Part shown: piece after piece, positions 28,533-35,628 of the stretch
Numbering within the stretch: position 1 is the stretch's first letter
Layout: each line of letters opens with the position of its first letter
Source of the DNA: an uncultured Geobacter sp.
GTDB lineage: Bacteria; Desulfobacterota; Desulfuromonadia; Geobacterales; CAIOGM01
DNA length: 64,000 nt
Assembly (NCBI GenBank): GCA_903902855.1
Contig: CAIUWK010000068.1
Coordinates: 74,558-138,557, forward strand
Direction: 5' to 3'
Position numbers and translations under genes: made by a program
Notes under the pieces: model-generated
The model's database searches: none
Told to the model about the DNA's origin: nothing
The model's input: the letters and a program-made list of their open reading frames with translations, nothing else

Positions 28533-28582
28533 CGTCCCGTCCGCCCCGTCCGCCCCGCGTCCCGTCCGCCCCGTCCGCCCGC
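28533..28582. repeat. C-rich tandem array (CCGTCCGCC-like units)
   Basis: CGTCCCGTCCGCCCCGTCCGCCCCGCGTCCCGTCCGCCCCGTCCGCCCGC. Confidence 0.7.
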
Positions 28583-28670
28583 AGTCCAGCTAAAACCGCA
28601 CTTCATTAGTTTTTTTGATATAAAAATAGTGTTTTATTTTGGCCTAAAATGTTATTTTTCAGCAAGTTGA

Positions 28671-29057
28671 ATGCCCGTTTCGGCATGCCGAAATGAGTAC
28701 AAAAAAGTGCTGACGGCTCTATTGTCTGAATGTGAAACGCCGGCTCTCACTGACACCGGTGCCCACCCTACCCTTCACGGCCACATACTCTACCTCGGGT
28801 TCCTGACATTGATTGGGCATAAGCTTGACAATACCGATGCTTCAATAATCGGCGTGAACCGCACCTACAAGGATCTGGTCACCGGTGAGCAGTTGACGAT
28901 AAAGGAGAGTTTCATCGAAAGTCTGACTCATGACAGCTATGTGATCCAGATTCCGAGTCTGGCTAGCAGGAAACACACCTGTTTACCCCTTCGAGTCGAC
29001 GGTAGAGTGTTCTGCCGGGATTCTTCACTGAAAGGAGTGTATAGGGTTATTTGGTGA
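28671..29057 (+). CDS. Hypothetical protein (weak call)
   Basis: 128-aa ORF with no recognisable SD. The start codon sits beside the TTTCGGCATGCCGAAA palindrome, and the 3' end overlaps the convergent RES gene by 11 nt. No family recognised. Confidence 0.25.
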   Translation: MPVSACRNEYKKVLTALLSECETPALTDTGAHPTLHGHILYLGFLTLIGHKLDNTDASIIGVNRTYKDLVTGEQLTIKESFIESLTHDSYVIQIPSLASRKHTCLPLRVDGRVFCRDSSLKGVYRVIW

Positions 29058-29772
29058 GGGATATTTTTTGTGGCGAGCAGTAAATGTTTTGCAGGAGAAC
29101 ACCTCGCTCCCGTTCAACCCTCAGTGCGCCATTGGCCAGAGGATTGAAAATATATGTAAGAAAGCAATGGTCTCTGGCATCACTTAACCTCGATTGTTTG
29201 AAAATCGCCCCGTTGGTTCCGCTACATCGTGCCGACCTGTACATGACTCCGTTCTGTCCTTGCCGTTGAAGATAACTACCAAGAGCATTGGAAAACGTGT
29301 AGTCGTCGGGGTCTACCAGAGCGTGATACTCAATCTCCTTGCCAAGCAGTGAAACAAGGATGCCGTGACACTTCGCTTTGATCACGCGGCGTTCCGCCAC
29401 TATGTCTGTTGATTCATTCGGGAACGAAGCGAGGACGAAACGACGCCAGTGATAAGCGGATTCATGGATGGTCGTTTCAAGGTCCAGCGAGCCGTACCAA
29501 ACACCATAGCGAATGCCGTCACTAAACCGGGTCCGCTGCCAGTTCGCTTCTATAAAAGGAAATGCGATGGCGGCGCCATAATCAAAGGGCCTTGAGAGCA
29601 GGCTTTCTTCGGTCGCCACGCTGTCCCGGTTCTCGGCTGCGTGAGCAATGGCGTAATCGTCTCCGTCGTCTCCCAGGTCATCAAACAGATCCTGAGAAAT
29701 GCGGAGGCCTTTGATGTTACGTAACAAGTATTCGTCAAAATCAACGATGTCCGTGAGTAGTTTCGAGTACAT
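29047..29772 (-). CDS. RES-domain toxin (NAD+-targeting, MbcT/ParT-like family)
   Basis: 241 aa. R..E..S signature context (RFSDG..YGVWYGS...TTIHE...GVMYRSARC). Lies directly downstream of its Xre-like partner. Confidence 0.85.
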   Translation of the reverse strand: MYSKLLTDIVDFDEYLLRNIKGLRISQDLFDDLGDDGDDYAIAHAAENRDSVATEESLLSRPFDYGAAIAFPFIEANWQRTRFSDGIRYGVWYGSLDLETTIHESAYHWRRFVLASFPNESTDIVAERRVIKAKCHGILVSLLGKEIEYHALVDPDDYTFSNALGSYLQRQGQNGVMYRSARCSGTNGAIFKQSRLSDARDHCFLTYIFNPLANGALRVERERGVLLQNIYCSPQKISLTK

Positions 29773-30180
29773 CTATCGGTCACATTCGAAATCAAGATAG
29801 CGTCTGATCGCCAACAATCCTTCATACCCGCTCCGCATGATCTCCAAGGGGGGCTTGCCGGTAAAAGTCGCGTTGGGCGCAGTGACCCACGTATAAACTA
29901 GATCCCGATTATGGGGGAACATGATGCGAAGAGCCTTGTGGATGCCCAACAGGTGACCGACTCTGCCGATGAGGTCGACGCTGTTTTCCAGGGGAGAACC
30001 TTTCCGATAGCGAGTCAACGTCATGCGGGAGGTGGGAGCGAGGCCAAGCAAGGCACACTGGTCCGACTTTGAGAGTCCCCAATGGTCAAAAAGTCGGGCA
30101 ATCATCTTGGCGAGGCTTTCTCGTGAGGCTTTGGAGCCAAGGTCAACAAGGTGGTTTTCTTGAGCCGCGGCGGCGAGCAT
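29773..30180 (-). CDS. Xre/MbcA/ParS-like antitoxin (DUF2384-type toxin-binding domain)
   Basis: 135 aa. C-terminal W...PN..F.GK.PLE......G...L..YL pattern (YTWVTAPNATFTGKPPLEIMRSGYEGLLAIRRYL). Adjoins the RES gene with no gap. Confidence 0.85.
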   Translation of the reverse strand: MLAAAAQENHLVDLGSKASRESLAKMIARLFDHWGLSKSDQCALLGLAPTSRMTLTRYRKGSPLENSVDLIGRVGHLLGIHKALRIMFPHNRDLVYTWVTAPNATFTGKPPLEIMRSGYEGLLAIRRYLDFECDR

Positions 30181-30326
30181 GGATATCTCTCCTGAACAAT
30201 ATTTTTTGTTGCATAAATAGTATCAAAAGATATACAGATGGGCAAGGGGAAACTTCATTGTCCGTAAATCGCACAGATTGACATTGATATAAACTTTGCA
30301 CGTGAGCTGTCTACAGAGGACACCGC

Positions 30327-30470
30327 AACATTCTGGTAACCGGTCCCACTGGCGCCGGCAAGTTACCTTGCCGGCGCTCTGGTCCAGAAAGCCTGTCGAC
30401 CGGCAGATCCACCAGGAAGTCGGTGAGTTCTTCTCTTCGGGTCATGAGGTAGGCTGATGCCACACTTCGC
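30327..30470 (+). pseudogene. IstB-like (IS21 helper) P-loop ATPase fragment, frameshifted
   Basis: Own translation NILVTGPTGAGK, then after a shift YLAGALVQKACR. This is a Walker A region only, colliding with the truncated integrase on the opposite strand. Confidence 0.4.
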
Positions 30471-30995
30471 CAGCACCTGGTCGAACTGCTCCTTCAAACG
30501 TGGCGTCATTCCCCTGAATCCCCAGAGAACATACTCCGACTTGATCTGCTTGGGCCACCGGCTGAGCGGTCCATAGAGGTCGTCTCCGATGGGGATAACC
30601 CGCAAACGACCACGCTCCCGATTCCCCGCCACGATGACCTTCCTGTCGAGGTCCACGCTATCCCAGGTCAGCCTGAATATCTCGCCGAGCCGCATGCCGG
30701 TGTTCAGTGACATCCTGACGAGCATTTGAAGCTGGGGATGAACGGAACACGCATCAACGAGGTCCAGCCATTCCGTGATTTGCAGGTAGCGGAGATTCTC
30801 GTGACGTGGCCGAAGCATCTCGGCAAGTCCCACCATTGAACTGACCGCCACACTCACCAGTTCCCACCGCTCGCACATACTATATATATGCTTCAGGACG
30901 TCCACGTGGTGGTCGCAGGTCTGGGGAGAGACGATGGCAAGGGCTTTCACCTGATACTCCTCGATGTCGGCAAGGTCGATGCCGTCGAGGTTCAT
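30455..30995 (-). pseudogene. Tyrosine recombinase (phage integrase family) fragment
   Basis: MNLDGIDLADIEEYQ...LVRMSLNTGMRLGEIFRLTWDSVDLDRKVI covers the core-binding region and first catalytic Arg box. The HxxR and Tyr boxes are absent. The listed 300-aa ORF extends N-terminally only by reading through the G-rich repeat array. Confidence 0.6.
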
Positions 30996-31011
30996 CTTGC
31001 CGAAGTGGGCA

Positions 31012-31109
31012 GTAGGGTGGCGGGTCGTAGGGTGGCTGGTCGGGGGTGGCGGGTGGCGGGTCGGGCGGGTGGCGGGTCGGGGTGGCGGGTCGCGGGGTGG
31101 CGGGTCGGG
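31012..31109. repeat. G-rich tandem array (GGTGGCGGGTCG-like units, about 8 copies)
   Basis: GTAGGGTGGCGGGTCGTAGGGTGGCTGGTCGGGGGTGGCGGGTGGCGGGTCGGGCGGGTGGCGGGTCGGGGTGGCGGGTCGCGGGGTGGCGGGTCGGG. Confidence 0.8.
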
Positions 31110-31195
31110 CTTCCAAGTTGCCAAGATTGCGCGTGGGCGGGTCGAAGGAGGGGGGCAGGGAAAGCTCGGGTCGGGTTTGCATTTGTATAAGCTAT

Positions 31196-31350
31196 CGACA
31201 AATTCGATCAACCAAAACCAAGTATCAAATGGCATTATTGCGGCAAAACAGGCTGTTTCACCCAACTTCGGCGCGCCGAAGATTGGCGGAACCTACCGGA
31301 AAACAACAATACACCTTTTAATAATTCGAAATATGCGCAGTATCATTTAG
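31196..31350. repeat. Conserved non-coding module, copy 1 (homologous to 41640-41791)
   Basis: Alignable by eye with few substitutions: GGCAAAACAGGCYGTTTYACCCAACTTCGGC(GC/AT)GCCGAAGATYGGCGNAACCTACCGGAA..AACAATACACCTTTTAATAAT(T)CGAAATATGCGC..ATCATTTAG. Confidence 0.8.
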
Positions 31351-31514
31351 CTGGAAAACAAGGAATCACTGCTGAGGCATCATCATTAGTTGGCTGGGGT
31401 GAGACGCGAATACGTGTACCCATAGCGGCGGATACCCATGAAACTGTGGTCAAGCAGGGAAAGAAAAAAGGAGAAGCGGTGGAGAGGATAATCGTGGGTC
31501 TGTTCATAGATGCA

Positions 31515-31555
31515 GGAAAAGGCTATTTCCTTGAATTCAATAAAAAAATAGCCTC
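31515..31555 (-). terminator. Putative intrinsic terminator after the HigBA-like pair
   Basis: The minus strand has a 9-bp stem (AGGCTATTT/AAATAGCCT) followed by TTTTCC, about 30 nt past the antitoxin stop. Confidence 0.4.
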
Positions 31556-31585
31556 TTCCTTTTCGGCGTCCGTGTTGCTAGCTCG

Positions 31586-31861
31586 CTAAGCCACTCGTAC
31601 CTCAAGATGCTTGCCTAACGCCATGGCAATGTTACGTAGCGTTGAAAGTCGGATATCGTCGGCGTGATTTTCAATTCGTGAAATTGCCGACTTTCTGGTG
31701 TGAATACGATTTGCCAGCTCTTCCTGGGTTATTCCTGCCTGCTCCCGGGCTTGCCGGAGCATAGCGCCGATTTTGAATTCTTCATATCCAGTGTCAAAAG
31801 ATTCGGCAAATTCTACAGACTGTTTTTTGCGTTTCTCAATATACCGTCCGAGATCATCCAT
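31586..31861 (-). CDS. XRE-family HTH antitoxin (HigA-like)
   Basis: 91 aa. [27 protein letters not shown]. Overlaps the upstream toxin-like ORF by 8 nt. Confidence 0.8.
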   Translation of the reverse strand: MDDLGRYIEKRKKQSVEFAESFDTGYEEFKIGAMLRQAREQAGITQEELANRIHTRKSAISRIENHADDIRLSTLRNIAMALGKHLEVRVA

Positions 31862-32078
31862 TATTAATCACCTCCCTGCCTTGATGCTCGCGCTTTCTGG
31901 TTTCCGCCAGTTCAATTTCACGTCGAGGAGTCTTTTGTGTCTTTTTCTGAAAACCGAGGTCTCTTACCAACTTCATAACCCACAATATTTTTTTGACTTG
32001 GGCATCGGAAAGCGTGTCGAGGAATTCTTCAACAGGCGAAACACCAGTGGTCGTTTTGAAAAAATCTATCCGTCTCAT
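31854..32078 (-). CDS. HigB/Gp49-like (RelE superfamily) toxin, apparently truncated
   Basis: 74 aa. N-terminal [33 protein letters not shown] matches the Gp49/DUF891-type toxin N-terminus. The C-terminal half is short and divergent. Confidence 0.55.
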   Translation of the reverse strand: MRRIDFFKTTTGVSPVEEFLDTLSDAQVKKILWVMKLVRDLGFQKKTQKTPRREIELAETRKREHQGREVINNG

Positions 32079-32080
32079 GC

Positions 32081-32113
32081 CACTGATGTTAACATATCAG
32101 TGAACCTAGTCAA
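32081..32113 (-). promoter_or_regulatory. Promoter with overlapping inverted-repeat operator for the HigBA-like pair (probably a leaderless mRNA)
   Basis: Minus strand reads TTGACT - 16 nt - TAACAT - 7 nt - ATG. The imperfect inverted repeat CACTGAT..GTTAAC..ATCAGTG (32081-32102) spans the -10 element. Confidence 0.45.
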
Positions 32114-32208
32114 GAAAATTGACCGGTCTGCCGAGCTTTTCCGCGACCGTCTCTATTCCCGCCTGCCATCCCACCACACATATGAAATGGATATGCATCA
32201 GCACAGGA

Positions 32209-32257
32209 GGGGTGGAGGGTCAGACTTGAGGGGTGGAGGGTGGAGGGTCAGACTTGG
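32209..32257. repeat. G-rich direct repeat GGGGTGGAGGGTCAGACTTG (two copies; a third at 28386-28405)
   Basis: GGGGTGGAGGGTCAGACTTG A GGGGTGGAGGGTGGAGGGTCAGACTTGG. Position 28386 reads GGGGTGGAGGGTCAGGCTTG. Confidence 0.75.
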
Positions 32258-32371
32258 GTCCTGTTGTTTGTGTGTGTGGGGGGGGGTGGAGGTAGAGTAG
32301 GAAAGAGGGCGGTGCCTGGCTTGTGTCCTCTCATTGTTGGGGGACGGACCTCCATGTCCAGAGCAAGGAGT

Positions 32372-32830
32372 TCACCGCATCACCGTCATTCTGCCGTTCA
32401 TGGTGTCGGCGCCGCGCCGGAAGAGCCAGCCGGCCTTGATGACGGAACCGTCCGCCGGGATCAGAGGGACGCAGTAGACCCCCGGTGCCTCGATTCCGCA
32501 GGTAAGCCCCCTGGTCGCTCGCCCCGCCCCTTCCACCGTGACGGTGAGTTCCCCCCCCTCCACCGGAGCGCCGTTCCGGTCGATGACCCGGAGTTCCAGC
32601 CGACCGTTTCCATAGAGCGGCTCGGCTCGCCATCCCAGGCGAGCCGCGGCCCCGGCGGCATCAACCGGCGCATAGAGGAGCCCCTGATTGTAGTAATCCC
32701 GGTCAACGACCCGGCTCACCCCTCTGGCCGCCTTGATGAGGGAAAAGGTCATCCCTGCCAGAAAAATAGCTATCATCATGAGGAGGCCGTAGAGCCAGAT
32801 CTTGCCACCATGTGGCGCACGTGATTTCAT
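32372..32830 (-). CDS. FixH family protein (cbb3 assembly)
   Basis: 152 aa. N-terminal TM helix followed by a beta-rich domain. Lies directly downstream of ccoG. Confidence 0.7.
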   Translation of the reverse strand: MKSRAPHGGKIWLYGLLMMIAIFLAGMTFSLIKAARGVSRVVDRDYYNQGLLYAPVDAAGAAARLGWRAEPLYGNGRLELRVIDRNGAPVEGGELTVTVEGAGRATRGLTCGIEAPGVYCVPLIPADGSVIKAGWLFRRGADTMNGRMTVMR

Positions 32831-32856
32831 TTGCGAACCGACCTATCATTACCCGT

Positions 32857-34071
32857 TTATTTAACCAACAGTGTCATCTCCGCCTCGGCCAGCTGCTCCC
32901 CTTCTTGCAGCAGTCGGAGCTTCAGTTTTTCCGGGGCTGCCGGTGCCGGCGTCACCCTGACCATGAAATCCACCCGGCGGTTTTCGTTGGCGGCAACCTT
33001 GATCCGCTCCGTCGGCCCCAGCAGTTCAATTTTCTGTCCCGCTCCGCCGCTCACCCGTATTCCGTAGAGCGCCGGGACACGGGAACGGTTTTCCAGATAG
33101 GCGGTATAAAAATTGACCACCCCGCCATCGGGAAGCCTTCTTACCGTCCCATCCCCCCCTCGACTGACCTTGATGGTCCCCTGGGAACGGTGGAGCGTGG
33201 CGAAAAGGAACATCCCGGAGAGAGCCATGATGAGCAGCATCACGAGCAGGGAGCGGGGATTCACCGGCCTCCCCCCCCCTGCGCTGCGTCGGCCGAAGGT
33301 GTACTGCATGATCCCCGGTTGGTTGAGACGGTTGAGTACGCCACGGCAGGCGTCCAGGCAGCGGCCGCAGTTGATGCACTCAACCTGGAACCCTTTCCTG
33401 ATGTCGATGCCGGTGGGACAGACCCGGGTACAGGAGTTGCAGCGGATACAGCGGTGGGCCTGGGTGGGATCAAACTCCAAGGTCAGGGTGTTCACATCCA
33501 TGGCCATGAGCTGTATCCGGCCATAGGGGCAGATCGCCTTGCAGAAATACCGCCTGATGAAGGTCAGGTCGACCCAGACGAGACCCCCCACCGAGAAGAG
33601 GGTGATACCGGCGACTAACCCCAGCTCTCCCCCCAGGAGGCGTCGAAGATAGTCGACCGGGGGAATGAAGTACCAGATCAGGTTGGAAGCCACCAGAAAC
33701 GCCAGGAGCGCCGGAGCAAGATAACGCGCGGCAGCGGCAACGGAACTCTGACCGAGACGCTTCTTGATTCTCCGCTCCAGAGCCTCCAGAAGATCGGTGA
33801 GGGTGGATTGGGGACAGAACCAGCCGCACCAGACCCGTCCGAAGAGCATGGTCACAAAGAGAAAGATGAACATGAAGAGGAGGGAAATGAGAAGAACGAG
33901 GTAGAACTCCTCGATCCTGATGGCTGCGCCGAAAAAGTAAAGGGTGCGGGAGGATGCGTCCAGCCGGAGAAGTGACTCTCCCCCCACCCGCACAAAGGGG
34001 ATGAACAGGAGGAGCAGGGTGGAGAGCCACTGAACGGTTTCTCGTTTCCAGGCAAGACGGGTCTGTTGCAT
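32857..34071 (-). CDS. ccoG: Cytochrome c oxidase accessory protein CcoG/FixG (4Fe-4S, cupric reductase)
   Basis: 404 aa. TM helices, ferredoxin motifs CIRCNSCTRVCP and CINCGRCLDAC, and a C-terminal Ig-like domain. Confidence 0.85.
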   Translation of the reverse strand: MQQTRLAWKRETVQWLSTLLLLFIPFVRVGGESLLRLDASSRTLYFFGAAIRIEEFYLVLLISLLFMFIFLFVTMLFGRVWCGWFCPQSTLTDLLEALERRIKKRLGQSSVAAAARYLAPALLAFLVASNLIWYFIPPVDYLRRLLGGELGLVAGITLFSVGGLVWVDLTFIRRYFCKAICPYGRIQLMAMDVNTLTLEFDPTQAHRCIRCNSCTRVCPTGIDIRKGFQVECINCGRCLDACRGVLNRLNQPGIMQYTFGRRSAGGGRPVNPRSLLVMLLIMALSGMFLFATLHRSQGTIKVSRGGDGTVRRLPDGGVVNFYTAYLENRSRVPALYGIRVSGGAGQKIELLGPTERIKVAANENRRVDFMVRVTPAPAAPEKLKLRLLQEGEQLAEAEMTLLVK

Positions 34072-34073
34072 CC

Positions 34074-34562
34074 TTACTTCAGGGAAAGAAGATAGGTGAC
34101 GATACCTTCAAGCTGCTCATGACCGAGTTCCTTGCCGAAACCGGGCATGCCGCCGGGACGGCCGTTGGCAATACTCTCCAGGATGGCGGCCTGGCTCTTG
34201 CCGTATTTGAACTCACCTCTGGTCAGATCAGGACCGATCCCCCCCTTGGCGTCCGCTCCATGGCAGGCGACGCAGCGCTCGCCGAAGATCTTCTTCCCCG
34301 AAGCAAGGTAGGCGGCCGGATCGCTCTTCTCCCCCCCCTTGGCTGGCGCCGACTTCTCCTTCAGCTCGAACTCCGCCGATTTGGCCGCAGCGATCTTCTG
34401 CTTCTGGGCAAACTCCTTGCCGGAACTCCAGCCGCTGAAGAGGTAATACCCCATGAAAAGCACTCCCCACACCGCCAGACAGCCGAAGAGAATACGGAAT
34501 ATCAGCGGGGAGCGGTTACCGTCATCACGGTATTTGATCCCGTCAAAATCATTTTCAGCCAT
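34074..34562 (-). CDS. ccoP: cbb3 oxidase subunit CcoP-like, monohaem
   Basis: 162 aa. FixP_N-like start (DFDGIKYRDDGNRSP), one TM helix and a single CVACH haem motif with GGMPGF. Confidence 0.7.
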   Translation of the reverse strand: MAENDFDGIKYRDDGNRSPLIFRILFGCLAVWGVLFMGYYLFSGWSSGKEFAQKQKIAAAKSAEFELKEKSAPAKGGEKSDPAAYLASGKKIFGERCVACHGADAKGGIGPDLTRGEFKYGKSQAAILESIANGRPGGMPGFGKELGHEQLEGIVTYLLSLK

Positions 34563-34720
34563 TACTTCCTCCCTTTCAGGTCGTCATCATCCAGCATCCG
34601 ATATTTGGGGCTTTCCATCCGCTCCTTCCGCTTGCCGCTGTAGGTCCTGACGACAATCAGGGCAAAGATGAGGAAGAGGAGCACGGTTATCCCCAGATAA
34701 AAGATGGATGCCGCCACCAT
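34562..34720 (-). CDS. ccoQ: cbb3 oxidase small subunit CcoQ/FixQ
   Basis: Not in the ORF track (52 aa). Own translation MVAASIFYLGITVLLFLIFALIVVRTYSGKRKERMESPKYRMLDDDDLKGRK*. The start lies 1 nt after the ccoO stop, with a TAATG overlap with the ccoP start. Confidence 0.6.
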   Translation of the reverse strand: MVAASIFYLGITVLLFLIFALIVVRTYSGKRKERMESPKYRMLDDDDLKGRK

Positions 34721-34721
34721 G

Positions 34722-35615
34722 TTACTTCTCCCCTTTGCGGGATGAGATGTAGCTGATCACCTTCCAGACCTTCTCCTTGCCGAGCGTATCGCCAAAGGCC
34801 GGCATCCCCAGGCGATCAAGCCCCTGATAGATGGTAGTGAAGATCTCCCCCTCGGTTTTCTTCAATTCGGCCAGGGGGACGCCGATATCCCCCTTCAGAT
34901 CTTTGCCGTGACACTGGGCACAATTCTCTTCATAGAGCTTCTTCCCCTCAACACCCCCCGCAGCATTTCCCGCGAATGGATTTTTGAGATCCCCCACCAG
35001 AGGCCCCGCCACCGCTGCCTTGCGCCAGGGGATATCGTTCCCCAGCTTCTGCAGGTAGGCTACCATGGCGTCCAGCTCCGTTTTTCCCTTCACCGCGTCC
35101 AACTCTCCCTGGGTATAGGGGAAACCCAGGGCCTTCATCTTCCTCTCGGTGATGGAACTGTCCAAGGGCTGTTTCAAGAAGGCGTAGCTGGGCATATTTG
35201 ACTTGGGGACCATGCTCTGGGGATCGACCATATGCTTGTAGTGCCAGGCACCCGGATACTTGCCGCCGATGCGGGCCAGGTCGGGACCGGTCCTGCGGGA
35301 ACCCCAGAGATGCGGCTGGTCATAGACGAATTCCCCCACCTTGGAGTAGCCGTCCGTGGAACCGGGGGCATACCGGGCCACATCGGCCACCAGGGGGCGC
35401 ACCGTCTGGGTGTGGCAGTTGTTGCACCCTTCACGGATATAAATGTCCCGTCCTTCCAACTGCAGCGGGGTATAGGGCTTGACCCCCGCGATCTTTTGCG
35501 ACGGATCGTTAATCCATTTGAAGGGGGCGATCATGGTCACGGTGGTGCCGATCATGATGACCACCGCCGCCAGCAGCAGCAGGATTACCGGTTTTTTCTC
35601 CAGAAGATCAAACAT
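34722..35615 (-). CDS. ccoO: cbb3 oxidase subunit CcoO with an extra C-terminal monohaem cytochrome c domain
   Basis: Start taken at MFDLLEKKP. CcoO core (GCNNCHTQ..PHLWGSRRTGPDL..H) plus a second domain with CAQCH...GMPAF. Confidence 0.85.
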   Translation of the reverse strand: MFDLLEKKPVILLLLAAVVIMIGTTVTMIAPFKWINDPSQKIAGVKPYTPLQLEGRDIYIREGCNNCHTQTVRPLVADVARYAPGSTDGYSKVGEFVYDQPHLWGSRRTGPDLARIGGKYPGAWHYKHMVDPQSMVPKSNMPSYAFLKQPLDSSITERKMKALGFPYTQGELDAVKGKTELDAMVAYLQKLGNDIPWRKAAVAGPLVGDLKNPFAGNAAGGVEGKKLYEENCAQCHGKDLKGDIGVPLAELKKTEGEIFTTIYQGLDRLGMPAFGDTLGKEKVWKVISYISSRKGEK

Positions 35616-35628
35616 GGCGTATCCCCCC

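Larger units (their letters stand above)
27045..32330. mobile_element. Degenerate integrative island rich in toxin-antitoxin modules, inserted between fixH and ccoI
   Basis: Visibly AT-richer than its flanks. Holds a truncated tyrosine recombinase, an IstB-like fragment, three TA pairs plus a ParE relic, and G-rich tandem arrays. Boundaries are approximate; no clean flanking direct repeats were found. Confidence 0.6.

Noticed and set aside
28533-28582. Tandem arrays here and at 31012-31109 considered as CRISPR.
   Set aside because: The units are 9-12 nt and contiguous with no spacers, and no cas genes are present. These are simple tandem repeats.
30996-31265. Pro-rich N-terminal 90 aa of the listed 300-aa ORF (..PPPSTRPRAILATWKPDPPPRDPPPRPATRPTRHPPPP..).
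   Set aside because: It is simply the reverse-strand translation of the GGTGGCGGGTCG tandem array. Integrase homology starts only at about 30995.
31255-31290. Integron attC site hypothesis: an RYYYAAC-like ACCCAAC lies next to the palindrome, and TA genes are typical cassette cargo.
   Set aside because: The complementary GTTRRRY core is not present on the other side (GATYGGC instead). There are only two or three sites rather than one per gene, and the recombinase fragment shows no IntI-specific features that I can recognise.
31235-31300. Possible GEMM-I (c-di-GMP) riboswitch, suggested by GGCAAAAC and CCTACCGG strings and the abundance of GEMM-I in Geobacter.
   Set aside because: The conserved ACGCAAAGC core and the tetraloop/receptor arrangement are absent. 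No downstream gene is positioned to be regulated.
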